A stretch of 64,000 bases of DNA, from contig NC_092677.1 in assembly GCF_964355755.1 (NCBI RefSeq), positions 24,167,175-24,231,174 of the forward strand, read 5' to 3'. This DNA is from Antedon mediterranea. Taxonomy: Eukaryota > Animalia > Echinodermata. Positions 1 to 13,285 of this stretch are shown here, piece by piece. The notes beneath the pieces are model-generated. The model was not told the DNA's origin. It saw only the letters and a program-made list of their open reading frames with translations, and made no database searches. The position numbers and the translations under genes were made by a program. Position 1 is the stretch's first letter. Each line of letters begins with the position of its first letter.

Positions 1-1330
1 AGCTCATTAATATTCATGAGATATTCACAAAATCACGTCACCAGTGGATTCCAAACTCGCGACGTCATGTACGTTGTGTTTGTCAACTAATTTACATCTC
101 TCTCCCCTTTCAAACGACGACCACCATTGTGATCATTGTGAAATACATTTTTTGTAGATTTTCTAAGCTAGGCCTAAAGTGTAATAATAACAGTAGTAGC
201 ATATATTTATTTGACATTTAATGAAATACAAAATTTAGTACAGATACGGAGTCATAAATTATACTATTTTTATACCTCTATAGTACAGATCGTATTATCG
301 GCTTCACGTACAATACTACTCTAGGCCTAGCCTAATAATAATATGGGCGAGAGCCATTCTGACTAGGGATTCCATGCCACGATGGCTACGTTCAAACAAT
401 GGGGCCTATGGGCCTAGCTAGCCTACTAGGCCTACTAGACGATTGGCCCATAAATAACAAAACCCATCCTATCAACCAAACTCCTAAACAATCTAAACCT
501 AAAACATTCTACAAAATCGGCTGTAAATATTGAAGCAAAACAAGGTCCGATCGCCGTCCACACGTATGGTGTCCCGATCGTCTAAGTAGGCCTAAAATAA
601 ATAGGTTTAGTTTACTCTCCAAAAAAGCGGATACTCATGCATCAAGCTGCACAAGCAAGTAGACCAGGTAGTAGGAAGGAGACCTAGCCGATCCGGCCCA
701 GTTAAAAATTGAGCTAGCTAGTGTAGTAGACCCTATGCGAATTGATACTACCAGGCCTTTTACTATAGGCTGCACTACACAAATATTCCAACTCTCTCAT
801 TTGAGCTATATTATCTATACCATTCCGGTAGGTCGAGTCGACCTTCAATCAAATACTGTACATCGTTCATGTTGTGATTATAGACGGGGCCGTATACTCG
901 ACCCGACCAGTTTGGTATTGTTGTATCTGCTTATCACGTGACGATGCCAGGCATGGGCAGCAGAGAGCACGTGTATCGTCGTCTCGCTCGATCCTCAGCA
1001 GGAATGTACAGTATACGTTACGCTTCATTGATTTTGATTTTTCCCTAAGTCGGTGCGAAAATCGGCAAACGTAAAGTGCAAACATATCTAATTTTTCACT
1101 GTTTTGATGAATTTTCATAAAAAATTGACTTTATAAATGGGAAGACCGACTAAAATTACATCAGATAAGTATAATTTTACAAAAGTAATTTATATGGTTT
1201 ATGATAACGAGTCGTCGGAAGATGGAACATTTCACGAATTTCCTATTTTGTAACCACAGTGTGATTTTGCCGTAGCTGCACTTGTAATCTGGCCTGATTT
1301 CACAGCCTTCGTTCTGCTTCACTGGGCGCT
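1..1330. promoter_or_regulatory. CpG-rich putative promoter / 5' region of the gene
   Basis: CpG density is visibly higher than in the CpG-depleted introns. CRE-like CACGTCA/GACGTCA at about 34-67, E-boxes TCACGTGAC 934-942 and CACGTG 968-973. The TSS cannot be determined from sequence. Confidence 0.5.
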
Positions 1331-3367
1331 TATATAAATTGAAACTTTTACCGTTCAAGAGACAAACAAATATATTTTACATTTTTTACTATTTATTTTA
1401 AACCCGGAACCCCCTTTTAAGATTTTGAAGGTTAGGTGATAGGGGTTGAAGTACAGTAGTTTGGAAAAAGCAACATAAAGATTTACATGCTTTGAAATAA
1501 TTCTTAATTCAAATTATATACAGTACAATTATTCTAATTACTACTGATGTTTTGTCAAAATAATGCATATTACTTTTTTTTAAAAACCATGTCATTCCTT
1601 GTCTTAAATGTACTTTCTATGATTAATTATGATAAAAAGTAGCTTGCGTCGAATGTTCTAATTGTAGACATAATTAGCCCTAAACTAGCTACTGTAGGCA
1701 GTTTTGTAGGCAGTTTTGTAGGCCTAGCTGGTAAACAGCGGTAGTGTATGAACACCATACGATAGCTAGCCTGACGTTGTCTTGTTACTGAATTAATTGT
1801 CTTCCCTTTTTTTTGGAAGAATTCGTTTATGGTTCTTCAATTTGTGTTCCCTTCACGATCGATCAAACGTAGTGAGTGGGTGCATCACAGCCAATGGATT
1901 TTTGGTTGAATTTAACTATTTGTTTCGTCATTTTAGTAAAAACATAATTTTTTTTTCTACGAAAGTGATTAACTTTATTAAAACTACAAAATAACCTGTT
2001 TAAAGTCTGATTTAATTAATCTTCATTTTTCATGTTTTTGGGGGACAATACATGTGATTATATTTCTGGCACATTGCTCACTAAATCATTTAAGATTATT
2101 GCATCCCATAATATGCATTTCACATCCTGTAATAAAGCTCCTATAAATCAGAATGCTTCATAATTTATGACCTTGTAAGTATTATTTAGTATTATTATTT
2201 ATTATTTATTATTTATTTAATTTTTATTTTATAATTTATGACTTGCATTGAGTTAAATGGAAAGGACAGAAACTATTTGAGTTGTTTGTTTTTATTGTGG
2301 TTGATTATCAGTCTGGCTGCAGTCAATAGTTTGATTACCCACTGACCTTTGTCTGACCCTAGTAATTTGGCCTTCTCAACCTTGACCTCTATGCCTTTCA
2401 GTGTGAAATTGATGATTCTGTTTTTTGTTATGGTTGTGGATTAGCACTCCTGTCTCTCATGGATGACAATTAATGTGCAGAGAATAATATGATGCTGTGA
2501 ACTCATTGTGCACGCATCATTGGTCGATGGTTGTGGGCAGTAGACGCAATCACTATGTTCTCGTTAACATGCTGCATTTAATGATGTTTGTCTATGTATG
2601 CAAATGTTTTCTACAACATGTTTAATTTTATTGAGAATTTCTAACATGCCTTGTTTTTTACAAATTCTGCTCTATATTGAATTTTAAATATTAAATTAAA
2701 TAAAAGAGTATTTATTGTGATTAAAATGTTAATACAATGTTTTTTTTTTCATTTAGTTGTTATAAACATGAAGTAGTTATTATTATATTATTTTTTTTTT
2801 TACAAACTCTTCTACATTTTTATGAGTTTGTTACTATTTTACCATCTATAATAATTAATAAATGAGAATTTGTTGAAATTCTTAAAAATGAACAGTAATA
2901 CAATTACACTGTCATTGATCCAGGAAAAATATATTTCTAGATTGTAAATTATAGGTGGCACCATTTAAAAGTAGCAGATAGAAATGGGAGACCACAGAGG
3001 GCAATATTGCTATTTCATTTCAGCTTGTTGCTGACAGAATGGCGTCTCAGTAAATACCACAGTAATAACAATATTGATTTAATTGCAATTATGACCCACT
3101 TCTTCACCCAATTAACTAATTAGGTGATATAATTAATATGCATCACTGACTATTAATTATCAAATCTTGTACGTTTATTTAATTTTTTTTAAATTTTATT
3201 TATTTATTTTTTTTAAGTCTGTATCATCAAACTTCATCATTTTTTTTTACTGATTTTTCAGATTCATTTTGTAAATGCATGTTTTTTTATTAATATCTAA
3301 CCAATAAGTGATTCACCAAGTACAGAAAAATATTACCCATTAACTTCAAACTATTAGTTTCTTATTT

Positions 3368-4005
3368 AACTAGAAAGCCACTCTGAGAGTGCATCCTGTA
3401 AATTTCTCCTACATAAGATTTCTCTGGAAAAATATCTACCGCATACTGTATATATTTTGTTGTGTGTGATTTTGGCTAATTTCACTACAAGCATGTGTAT
3501 GCGAGTTTGGTGTAATGGTTATGTAACAAGTCTTTCAATTAACAATAGTTTCAGTTGACTAAACAATAGAACAGAAACGCCAAAAACAAACGGGTGAATT
3601 TTAAAAAGAAAATAGGTTTTTTAAACTATTCGCATCAAAGAACCTGTACATTAAATCTAATTAAGTTTTAAAATTACAAATCACAAATTATAACTCTTGC
3701 CTCTTGTACAAACAATTTTGGACAAGTAGTTCTGGAGAAAATGCCCTTAAGACCGCTCTTCTGTCCTATCTTTTAACACTAGCAGGTCTGAAAATAATAA
3801 TAAAAAGTGGTCCAGAATTGGGAATGTGGCCGGATTGCCTCCAAAATTGAATGGAGTGGTCCTTGATCACACATCTATCTGTATTTTCATTTTGGTAAAG
3901 ATAGTGCAATAACTTTTTGAGTAATCCTGAATAACCAACAAACAAACACTAACAGACAGACAAACACACGTGATCGATTGCATATACTTCTATGGCAGAG
4001 GTAAA
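3368..4005 (-). mobile_element. Non-autonomous Helentron-type (HINE/DINE-like) element
   Basis: Minus strand starts TTACCTCTGCC..., followed by a GTCT/GTTT microsatellite and CAGGATTACTCAAAAAGTTATT. It ends in the hairpin CACTCT-C-AGAGTG then CTAGTT, the typical HINE layout. Confidence 0.7.
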
Positions 4006-4030
4006 TTAATCTTGTGTGATTTTGACACTC

Positions 4031-5253
4031 TACAGAAAGAATCCCACCTCATTATTATTATTATTATTATTATTTATTGCCAAAAACCAGATACAAACAA
4101 ACAAAAACACAGAAACTAAGGTCGTGTTTATACAACACCCTAAATTTGAACACGGCTTAAATTTTTAGCGTGTTGTTCGGACCGAGGTCAATCCACCTTA
4201 ACGTTTGCTGTTATACTAGAAATCACGATACCGTGTTTTATACCGGAAGTTTCATCAACACGCAGTGCATGCTAGGATAAAAGGTAAAATCGTTGATCGC
4301 GCTTGAATTGGCTGAGTTGTCAACAATCATCGTTGCCTCCTCGCTGTCCGATGTATTCGCGCGGTTTTTACCATTTTCATTATTGTATTCGTTCACGTTT
4401 GCATTGTTGTTTATTTTGTTCTCGGTTCATTTAAATTAATAAAAGTTATTTTAAGGGTTTCATTGTTTCATCTATACACTATGGAAGAAGATGCCATTTC
4501 TGCGATGTTATTTTTTATTCTGTTTGGAGTAGGAAACGATAGAGGCCTACTAGGCCTACCACTACGAGTTGGCCCCACTAGGCTAGGCGTAAAAGACGTG
4601 GTAGGAGGATGATTGCTGGCAGCGAAGCAGCAATAAATGGGCCCAATCTTGTTAGCAATGTCGCATGACATGATTGATATTACGACCTAATTTAACGAGA
4701 GGTCAAAATATACCCTGAGGACACTTCCAACACGGTAACGGTGACCGGGAATTCACCAAATTTTAGGATTCAGCCAAGTAGCCTTTTTTGCAATTAAAAT
4801 CTCATTACACGGAATCTCTTTGTTGTTATACAACACACTTTTCGTAGGCGTGTAGAATATGCGTGTAATAGCGTGTTGTATAAACGCGCCCTAAGGGAGT
4901 AGGCAGGAACCTAAAAGTGAACCTAATCACTATAACAAGAGTTCAGGTTCCGTACTCCCAAAGTAACAACAATGATATATAACCTCATTTTTACATACTG
5001 ACCTTTTTTTTTTCACCAATTTAAATAATACAATAATAACAATGGTAGTGCCTAATAATACGATGTAAAAAAACGAAAAGCAGAGTAACTATTTACACCA
5101 CTTTATTCTTCAGCACTTGAATCTTCCAGGAGATCAAGTGAAAAAAAGCATGTGACTATACTATCCTACCAAAATAAGAAGACGACAAGATGTTGCTTAA
5201 GACTCTTTTAAATTATCGATTGATGTTGCCTCTTTAATAGCTATGGTGGATAG
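4031..5253 (-). mobile_element. 5'-truncated L2/CR1-like LINE 3' end, interrupted by a Harbinger MITE
   Basis: (AAT)n tail with AATAAA at about 4031-4078. Minus strand near 5170-5250 reads IAIKEATSIDN/FKKSLKQHL (1-nt frameshift), a typical LINE ORF2 C-terminus. 3' UTR stem GGGAGTA..GGAACCT / AGGTTCC..TACTCCC at about 4895-4958. Confidence 0.6.
4120..4891. mobile_element. PIF/Harbinger-type MITE (772 bp)
   Basis: 19-bp TIRs GGTCGTGTTTATACAACAC / GTGTTGTATAAACGCGCCC (2 mismatches), TAA target duplication on both sides, CpG-rich interior. Confidence 0.85.
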
Positions 5254-5255
5254 TC

Positions 5256-6856
5256 AATTACCCTCTTAGGACAATTACTCCCTAGGAAAACCACCCTCTA
5301 GCTACCCGCTAGGAAAATTACAATTGGCCCATAGGACAACTATACAGCTTTGGACAACTACGATTGGTAACCAAATTAACAAGCTGCTTCTTTTGGTGCA
5401 AATTGTATTGTAAAATCAAATTGTGTGGGCGGTGTACCACAATATTTGACATGAATTTATTAAAATATTGACGTATGTACCTAAGATTTGTAGTCTATTT
5501 TGTAATAAGTGTATAGCGATATTTATTTTTTTTTAACTTCTAGGACAAACTATGAAAACGATTTCCTCAATTGGCACAGTTAGCTATGTTTTTATAATAG
5601 GAAGACTAAGAAATGTATGAACCTGTCAAACGGGGGAGAGAGAGATTGATTTTCAAATCGTCTAATGTAATCAATTGATTAATAGTGTAGTTTATTTTTA
5701 ATCTAATGTAAAATTCGGAGGTTCTTTGCTGTAGAATACGAATGGGAATATAATTAAATAAGTAGAGATGTTTAAGTCATAATAAACACATCATGGATAT
5801 AATTATTCTTTAGGTGCTAAAATCGTTTATTGTCCTATTTTCTCAGGAGTGGGGAGAAAATGTAAAAAACAAATCAATTAAAGTTCTTCTATGAAGTAGT
5901 AACAGCCAAACCAATATTCCATTATTACTGGACTTGTAGTAGTAAACGTATAATGTCATTAAACAGCATGACATAATCTCTTACGGTAAAACATTTGTTT
6001 TGAAAAAAGAGAAAAGAGAGAACAAAATCGGGCCAATTCTATCGATATTAAGAGGCTGCTCCAGTCCCACTATCTTAAAACTACCCTCTAGTCTAACTGC
6101 TATGCCCCTAGGATAACTACCCCTCTAGAACAACAACACTCTCTGAACAAATTACGATCTTGTAAAACTTTACTGAACTTCAAAACATAGGGAGAGAGAT
6201 TGACCTTAAATGAAAGAATGTTTGATTGACTGGTGTAGCAAGGTAAACTGTATGTTCCTAGATTTATATATGGCATCTTCATGTCATACAAGAATAAAAT
6301 GAGCCTACCCTTTTATTTTTCAAGATTAGAATACGTTTTAATAATTTGATTCTTGTTTAATGTAAAATAACTGCTGACAAATTCAAAAGCTTTCATTTAA
6401 GATCAATCTGCAGTTGGACTAGAGGGTAGTTATCCTAGGAGGGTAGTTCTCCTAGAGGGTAGTTGTCCTAGGGGGTAGTTGTCCGGGTGGGAGTTGTCCT
6501 AAGGGGGTAGTTGCCCTAGAGGGTAGTTGCTCTAGAGGGTAGTTGCCCCAGATGGTAATTGTCCGGGTGGTAGTTGTCCGGGTGGTAATTGTCCGGGTGG
6601 TAATTGTCCGGGTGGTAATTGTCCGGGTGGTAATTGTCCGGGTGGTAATTGTCCGGGTGGTAATTGTCCGGGTGGTAATTGTCCGGGTGGTAATTGTCCG
6701 GGTGGTAATTGTCCGGGTGGTAATTTTCCGGGTGGTAATTGTCCGGGTGGTAATTGTCCGGGTGGTAATTGTCCGGGTGGTAATTGTCCGGGTGGTAATT
6801 GTCCGGGTGGTAATTGTCCGGGTGGTAATTGTCCAGGGAGTAGTTGTCCGGATACA
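5256..6856. mobile_element. Non-autonomous DNA element with inverted terminal minisatellite arrays
   Basis: The left end has GGACAATTACCC/GGACAACTA-type units and the right end has their reverse complement (GGGTAGTTGTCC). Internal inverted pair ACTACCCTCTAGTCTAACTGC (about 6080) / GCAGTTGGACTAGAGGGTAGT (about 6411). Confidence 0.6.
6553..6852. repeat. 15-bp minisatellite (GTCCGGGTGGTAATT) x about 19
   Basis: Near-perfect tandem array; source of the spurious TRTIT/DNYHP/VVIVR ORFs. Confidence 0.97.
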
Positions 6857-7807
6857 ATATTTTGGTGTCATATGTGACTACAGTATTTATAATATTGTTT
6901 TGGGCTGTCAGATATCTTAGATTCCACTGTACTACGCTAGCAATACGTTACATCAATTTAAGCTTTTATGAACATAGTATGCACAGCATGTTGGTATGTG
7001 AAATTCGACTTCCAATGGAGTGAGCCATCTATCTCAGCAAATTGTGTTCAGTCACTTCAGGTTTCTGTGTATTCATTTCAGTAGTGAGCCCTCTACAATC
7101 AGTTTTTCTATAAAAAAAAAAATCCAAACATCATTAATATGTTTCATCTAAAGTTGATTTGTTTTTTTATTGAATATATTATCCTAATTTATTACGTCAC
7201 TCGCTCATCAATTATTAATGATTGAATTGACCTTTCTGTAAGATATGTAATATTCAATAAATCTAATTGCAGTTTAAGTATACTATTTGCCATCTTGAAA
7301 TATAAATTTATGTGCATTTAACCACGTTTCATTTCAAGTTGATTTTCATGTTGTGTGCGATAATTCTCATTCGTGGCAAATTCTGGAAAATTATCACGTT
7401 GATTGATTCTTGTGCAGTTTTAATCACCCATGGGTTTATTCTGTAATTCGAGATTCAATGCGTAATAATATTAACAAGACCTTCTTCATTATACTAGAAA
7501 TGATTAGAATCACTTAATTTGATAATGATAATAAAATTTCTATTACAATCAGTTTCCATCTATTTTGGATTTTAATGTGTTGGATGTAATCAAGTCTGTA
7601 AGTGATAAAATTAATTACTGTATCAGGGAAATAGAAAGCTTCTTAGTGTAGTTAATCTAATAAATGGAATAATACAAAAAAAAAACATTCTAGGCTGATT
7701 GAATATTGAAGATGCAAAGTCTTTTTTCATAAACTATTTAATTGCTGTCCTGCAGTGTTTGCTGCCTAGACCAACCATGTTTTTTTTGGTAATTGAGCTT
7801 GGCTTGA

Positions 7808-7902
7808 AATTTCATGCATGGGTAAATTTAAAATTGCATGCATGAGTGAATTTAAAATTGCATGCATGAGTGAATTTCTAATTGTATGCATTAGTGAATT
7901 TT
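7808..7902. repeat. Short tandem repeat, unit about 23 bp (AAATTGCATGCATGAGTGAATTT) x4
   Basis: Four degenerate copies visible. Confidence 0.8.
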
Positions 7903-8331
7903 CTATGAGGCCCACTATTTTTATTAATTTTATATTTTATACAAGGCAAAAAAAAAATCCAAACTTACCAATCTGGCTTTTTTAGGACATGGTGGTATCT
8001 CTATCGGGAATGTGTTGAAATTTCCGAATTAAAGATTGGTCGAAAACAAAAAGGTTAATGCAACAAAATCAAGTCAATTTTATACAAATTTTATTTATGC
8101 ACTTACTGTTACAGCAGTACATTAAAAAAAATAATTAGTAAATGAAAATAATCTTCATTACTATATAAAAAAATCTTCTTTATTATTTAATTTGTTTTAA
8201 ATAAATTTGTTTAAATATTTTTGTTTTCGTAATTTCAAACATAATGGTTAAACCACATCAAGAACAATTTAGATCAGGATTTAGATTGACAAGTTAAAAG
8301 TAAATTAAAAGAATAAATAAAAAATCTGCAG

Positions 8332-8460
8332 AGTTTCTGTCTACACTATCAAACTAGTTTTACAAAAAAGTGTGATGTACCCAAATATGGTAGTGATATG
8401 ACATAATCATGCCCACATTACATTTTTTGTCACATAAAGTTTGATAGTGTGGACAGAGCT
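8332..8460 (-). mobile_element. Harbinger-like MITE family A, copy 1
   Basis: TIR (AGC)TCTGTCTACACTATCAAACT ... AGTTTGATAGTGTGGACAGAGCT; core CCCAAATATGGTAGTGATATG. Confidence 0.85.
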
Positions 8461-9032
8461 TTAAGAAAAGAATTTGAAAAAGACATGTATTAAATGACTG
8501 ATGACATTTGTTTTATTGATACTCCAAAAAAGGCTAGATGACCCAAAGTCCCTGGTCTTCAATAATGTTTACACTACATTAAATACACAACAATAAGAAA
8601 ATTAGTATAAGATTTGAATGATGCAAAAGTAGCACTTTTCCCCATGTTGATTACTCTCAGTGAACTTGCCTGTGGCGTATTTCACACTTGTTTCCCTGCC
8701 CTGTTTATGCTGAATGATCCGTGTCAAACGATTGTTTAGCACTTGAATGCAAAATTACAAACAGAAGAAAGTAGTAGTTTGATAGTCTTAATACTGTATT
8801 TATTTCAACTGAAGGCGGTATTATTTTGACCCATTCACCTGTGCTCATCCAGACTGCTTTCAGTGGTAACATTTAATATTGCTGTTTATTGTTTTTCTAA
8901 TTTTGGAAGCCCGACAGCTGGAAGGTTTTTGATGTGAACAAAAAATCTAAATTGGGAAGTGAAAAGTTAAATTTTGTTTATTGATCACGTTAATACAATA
9001 GAACAATTAATTAACTTGAGAGAGGAAGCCTT

Positions 9033-9454
9033 CAGGAGAATCCCCTACTAAGGGGACACCTCTATTAAGGGGACACCTCTATTAAGGGGACGAGAATCCC
9101 CTACTAAGGGGACACCTCTATTAAGGGGACGAGAATCCCCTACTAAGGGGACACCTCTATTAAGGGGACACCTCTACTAAGGGGACACCTCTACTAAGGG
9201 GACACCTCTACTAAGGGGACACCTCTATTAAGGGGACACCTCTATTAAGGGGACACCTCTATTAAGGGGACACCTATTAAGGGGACACCTCTATTAAGGG
9301 GACACCTACTAAGGGGACACCTCTACTAAGGGGACACCTCTACTAAGGGGACACTTTCCTAAAAAACGAAGAAAAAATTATATACTGTATATTATCATAC
9401 TATGGTCAAACCCCCTATTGAGGGGACACTTTTTTGGGTCCCTAAGGTTTACTG
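9033..9454. repeat. 17-bp minisatellite (AGGGGACACCTCTATTA) amplified inside a Tc1/pogo-like MITE
   Basis: Array at about 9036-9355 including three GAGAATCCCC-started higher-order units. The element starts CAGG and ends GGTTTACTG-TA. Diverged relatives at about 36430-36525, 40467-40592 and 45460-45592. Confidence 0.85.
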
Positions 9455-10588
9455 TATTTCATTAATCATTGTCATCAATAGCATCTAGTCATCTTCCATG
9501 GTATTGGTATCTTTGTTTTCAAAAATAATTAAGAGCTGTTTTGATATGCCACAACCTACTGTACGACCTACTTGTTACATTTGTTGTACATAGCCAGGGA
9601 CATTTGAATGTGCTTCCACTCAATTACTTTATCACAGTTTTAGCAGATTCCAGGACCAGACATGACCTAAGTCATCCCACATTGTTATTTTGCCATTCTA
9701 AAGTAATTTGACCTCTGTTTCTTTAATAGCCAATCACCTCCTTGTATTCATTTGATTTTCGATAAAATATATTCAAAGTTATCCGAGTCAGGACCGTACT
9801 GTATGAATGTAAACTATGAGTTTTTCTATTTCGATAATGATGTTACCAAGATTTTTTGTATACAATACACTATTGTTTTATATCTTATTTACACACTATA
9901 TTATATTCATAGAAATATAAAACAATTATGTACCAAGGAATACATTTGAATACTGTACTTCAATATCAGTAACATAATAAATTCCATCATTTTATTCAGA
10001 GAAGACACATGATCAATTTACAGCAAATTCAAAATATTTCCAATTCATTCTCTATCTTACTTTAGAATTATTAATAACATCAATCACTGTTATTATTTTA
10101 ATCCAACAGCATAGTAATAAAAAAAAAGTTAAAGCATTACAACAAAATAATCTTAGTTTCAATATTTGTGTACTGCTTTTTTAAAATTTGTAATTGGATT
10201 TCAAACAGTTATAGCTTGGTTTGTTTCACAATAAACCTAAATATATCAAATTGCAAATAGTGTAATTAATCCAATCATTTTGGCTAAATTAAAACTAATG
10301 AATTTTAATAGACAAAATAGTTCAGTTATTATAGTGAATTTAGTCAATCTTTTATAGGCATGGACATGAACACTTAAATTTTTGATTTGATGTATATTTT
10401 TGTATGTTGTCCTGTGTAAATGGACACCTGGATATTTTTTTAGCAATAAATACAATTTCTATACAAAGGAAAAACATCAATCAACAAACAATTAAAATAT
10501 AAATAACAATGCCTTGATAATATTTTAGCTACATATCAATGAATTTTACACAAAAAATGAGCCAAAAATTATCAACATAACCAACTAA

Positions 10589-10866
10589 GGGCCTGTTCAG
10601 ACCTACAGTATGGAGTTATTCGTATCGTACGCAGCATACAATTCCATAGTTCTGAACCAGGAAAAGATTAGTGAACGACGCTTACAATACGTAAGTCGTG
10701 TATTAATGATCAAATTCGAATCAAATTTACTCCTGCATGTCCAAATTGGTGGCACTTCAGTTTAACAAAAGCGTTAAGCAAGTTTGAACACTTTGCTGTT
10801 ACGACGCTAATCTTAACATTACGATATTGCTTGTGATACGAAAGAATCTTGGATCTGAACATACCC
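10589..10866. mobile_element. PIF/Harbinger-type MITE (278 bp)
   Basis: TIRs GGGCCTGTTCAGA / TCTGAACATACCC, TAA on both sides. Confidence 0.75.
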
Positions 10867-13180
10867 TAAATTCATACATAACAGAGTTTCACACTGAATG
10901 TTTAGAATGCAAGCTACTGTTTATAGACTTTCTATAATATACTACTGATTTTGTAACTATGGATGTCCGTTTACGGTATGAAAAAAAACCTTATCTCTTT
11001 AATATCATTGTATACTTTTATTTCGTTAGCACCTTCCTTTCAACTTTCTCACATCAATGGAACATTTAAAAAATTAAAGAAAATTTAAAAGGAACATGCA
11101 ACATTTTTGCTATTGAATGGCAATGCAATGAGTTGAGGCAATCTTTTTTATTTGATAAATATTCTAAAATGCCGACAAAGTTTCCACATTCATTTTCCAT
11201 CGTCAGTTCAGTTTAAAGTGTTTTTTATATTCTTTTTAAGCAACATATCAGTACAAATTAAAGTAAACCTGATTCTTTGAAACAAACATTAAATAGCGTT
11301 GAAGTATCCATATTTGAATGCATATTTATAAGGTATTCATATACCATCAGCCATGTTTAAAATTATTTAGAATGGAATATGTTCAAGAATACGCTTGTGT
11401 TTTTAAAATCATTTGCATACATACATTCAGAATAATATGGACCTCAAAGAGTTTATATAATTCATGCGAACATCTAGGTGACAGTGAAGTGAGGTGATCA
11501 AGATCTCTTTAAAATGGCCGCTGAAGAACCGAATAAATCATGACACATTTTTTTTATTCAGTTAATAAAATTAATCTATTTTTAATGGCATGAAATGAAT
11601 AACTTTGCATTGCAGCTTGCACTTATCAAAAACCATATTTTCAATATTGCAAAAAACTCACAAAACCGCAATTGTTTTTAAAAGATGGATTTTAAAACCT
11701 AGATTGATCCTGATTGCCCAAAATCGTTTTTTAAAACTCTGCCGAAGCAAGTTTTAACGGCCATTTAGTCAGTGATTTGTCTGCAGTTTGGAAGATCACT
11801 GAACCATACAAACATTGGACTACTGTGCTGCAAGGTCCAGTTTCTGCTGAGGAATAAAACTGAGGGTAAATCCATACCTAATTTTGCAGCATGAAACAGG
11901 ACAAATTTTCAAAAACCGATTAAATGGAACCTTGCAAATAAAGGTTAAATACGTGTTTTTAAAAAACATTTTAAATCGCCATTTAACAGATTTATTAGGC
12001 ACTATGCAGCAGAAACAAACAAAAAATATTTTTAAAAACAGGTCAAAATGTCTTATTTGTTAAAATTTTTATTTATTTATTACTACTAACAACTACATCA
12101 ATAAGGAATTGCAAACAATGTATTCATTGTTTACACTTTGCTATATATACTTTGAATAATAAAGTAAGGATATATAATGGACAGAATGTATTGGTAAAGC
12201 TGTATTGTTTTAAATAGTATTAATTATGACCTAGATACTACTTTTGTTTTTGGATAACATCATGTGTTTAATCACTCAACACTTAATCTTTCTCACAAGA
12301 TTATTTATTTTCAATTTTAAGACACTTAAATCAATCTGTTTATTTTTTTCTTAAAGAGTACCATGACATTTATACAAAATTTATATTGTGTAATAATGAT
12401 TAAATAAAATAATTTATTCAATTCAATAATTCCATGATGTGAATAATTTGAATAATAATTAGCCATTTTTGTTATGGTTTCACAATTAATTTATGATACA
12501 GTCAGAGTAATCAAATTTATCGTATAACAATTGCTAGTTGCGGTAAGAGTTTAATTTGCATAAAGAACATGTATTACGTATCAATTTTCATACTGACTAG
12601 CAGAATAGCGATCAATTATGATAAGAAACCTAAGCATTAACTGCGATTAATGCCCTCCTGTTTTCACCGAGAACATCATAAGCATTTCTGATTAGCTAAC
12701 GCTTACTATCCTCTGACCCCACTCCTCATTCGCCTGTTGGGAACATAACCATCTGCCCATCACTTTTGCACTTGAGTGGTCAGACAGATTAGACCATACA
12801 CACCTTAGGGATCTCAACATTATGGTAGCTGGTATTTAACATATTGTAAAACTAGTTTGTTTGATATATATTGGGTCTAAACTTCCTTGATCAATCACCA
12901 ACTGAGATCAACAACTGTATTTGACCTTAAAAAATTAAACTATTTAATATTTGACACATCCGAGTAACATAAGTACTCTTCCTTCCTGATCATCTTAGCC
13001 TTGACTTCCCTATGTCATAGTGGACTATTCCAACCTTTGCCATGTAAATTGTGTACACAGAACAGCTATTCAATAGGCCATAACAGTGATAATCTGACTG
13101 AACAAGCTAAGCTATACAAGGCAAGCCTGAAGGCCTATTGTGAGTTAGAAGCTATATCACCTTTTATTTTTATACATCAG

Positions 13181-13285
13181 AGAATGTTACTGCCACCAGC
13201 TCAATGAATAACGGAAATATTTATTCTCCCGTGAGAGGCATGGAGTCGCCGTACATGTATTTTCCTCCACCTTTACCTTTAGGAG
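13181..13285 (+). CDS. GSE1: GSE1 exon (105 nt, phase 1-1); in-frame ATG at 13204: [27 protein letters not shown](G)
   Basis: Pyrimidine tract ttttatttttatacatcag acceptor, strong G|gtaagt donor at 13286, open frame in phase with the next exon. No clear homology in this exon, so weaker than the downstream ones. Confidence 0.65.

Noticed and set aside
735-1358. Short ORFs in the 5' CpG-rich region and other 60-120 aa intronic ORFs
   Set aside because: No recognisable domains, many start at non-ATG codons, and their F/I/L/Y/K-rich composition is typical of random AT-rich DNA.
6452-6920. Three overlapping repetitive ORFs (TRTIT, DNYHP, VVIVR)
   Set aside because: Artefacts of a stop-free 15-bp minisatellite; no splice or coding context.
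9036-9355. CRISPR-like GGGGAC repeats
   Set aside because: Head-to-tail 17-mers without spacers, inside a MITE.
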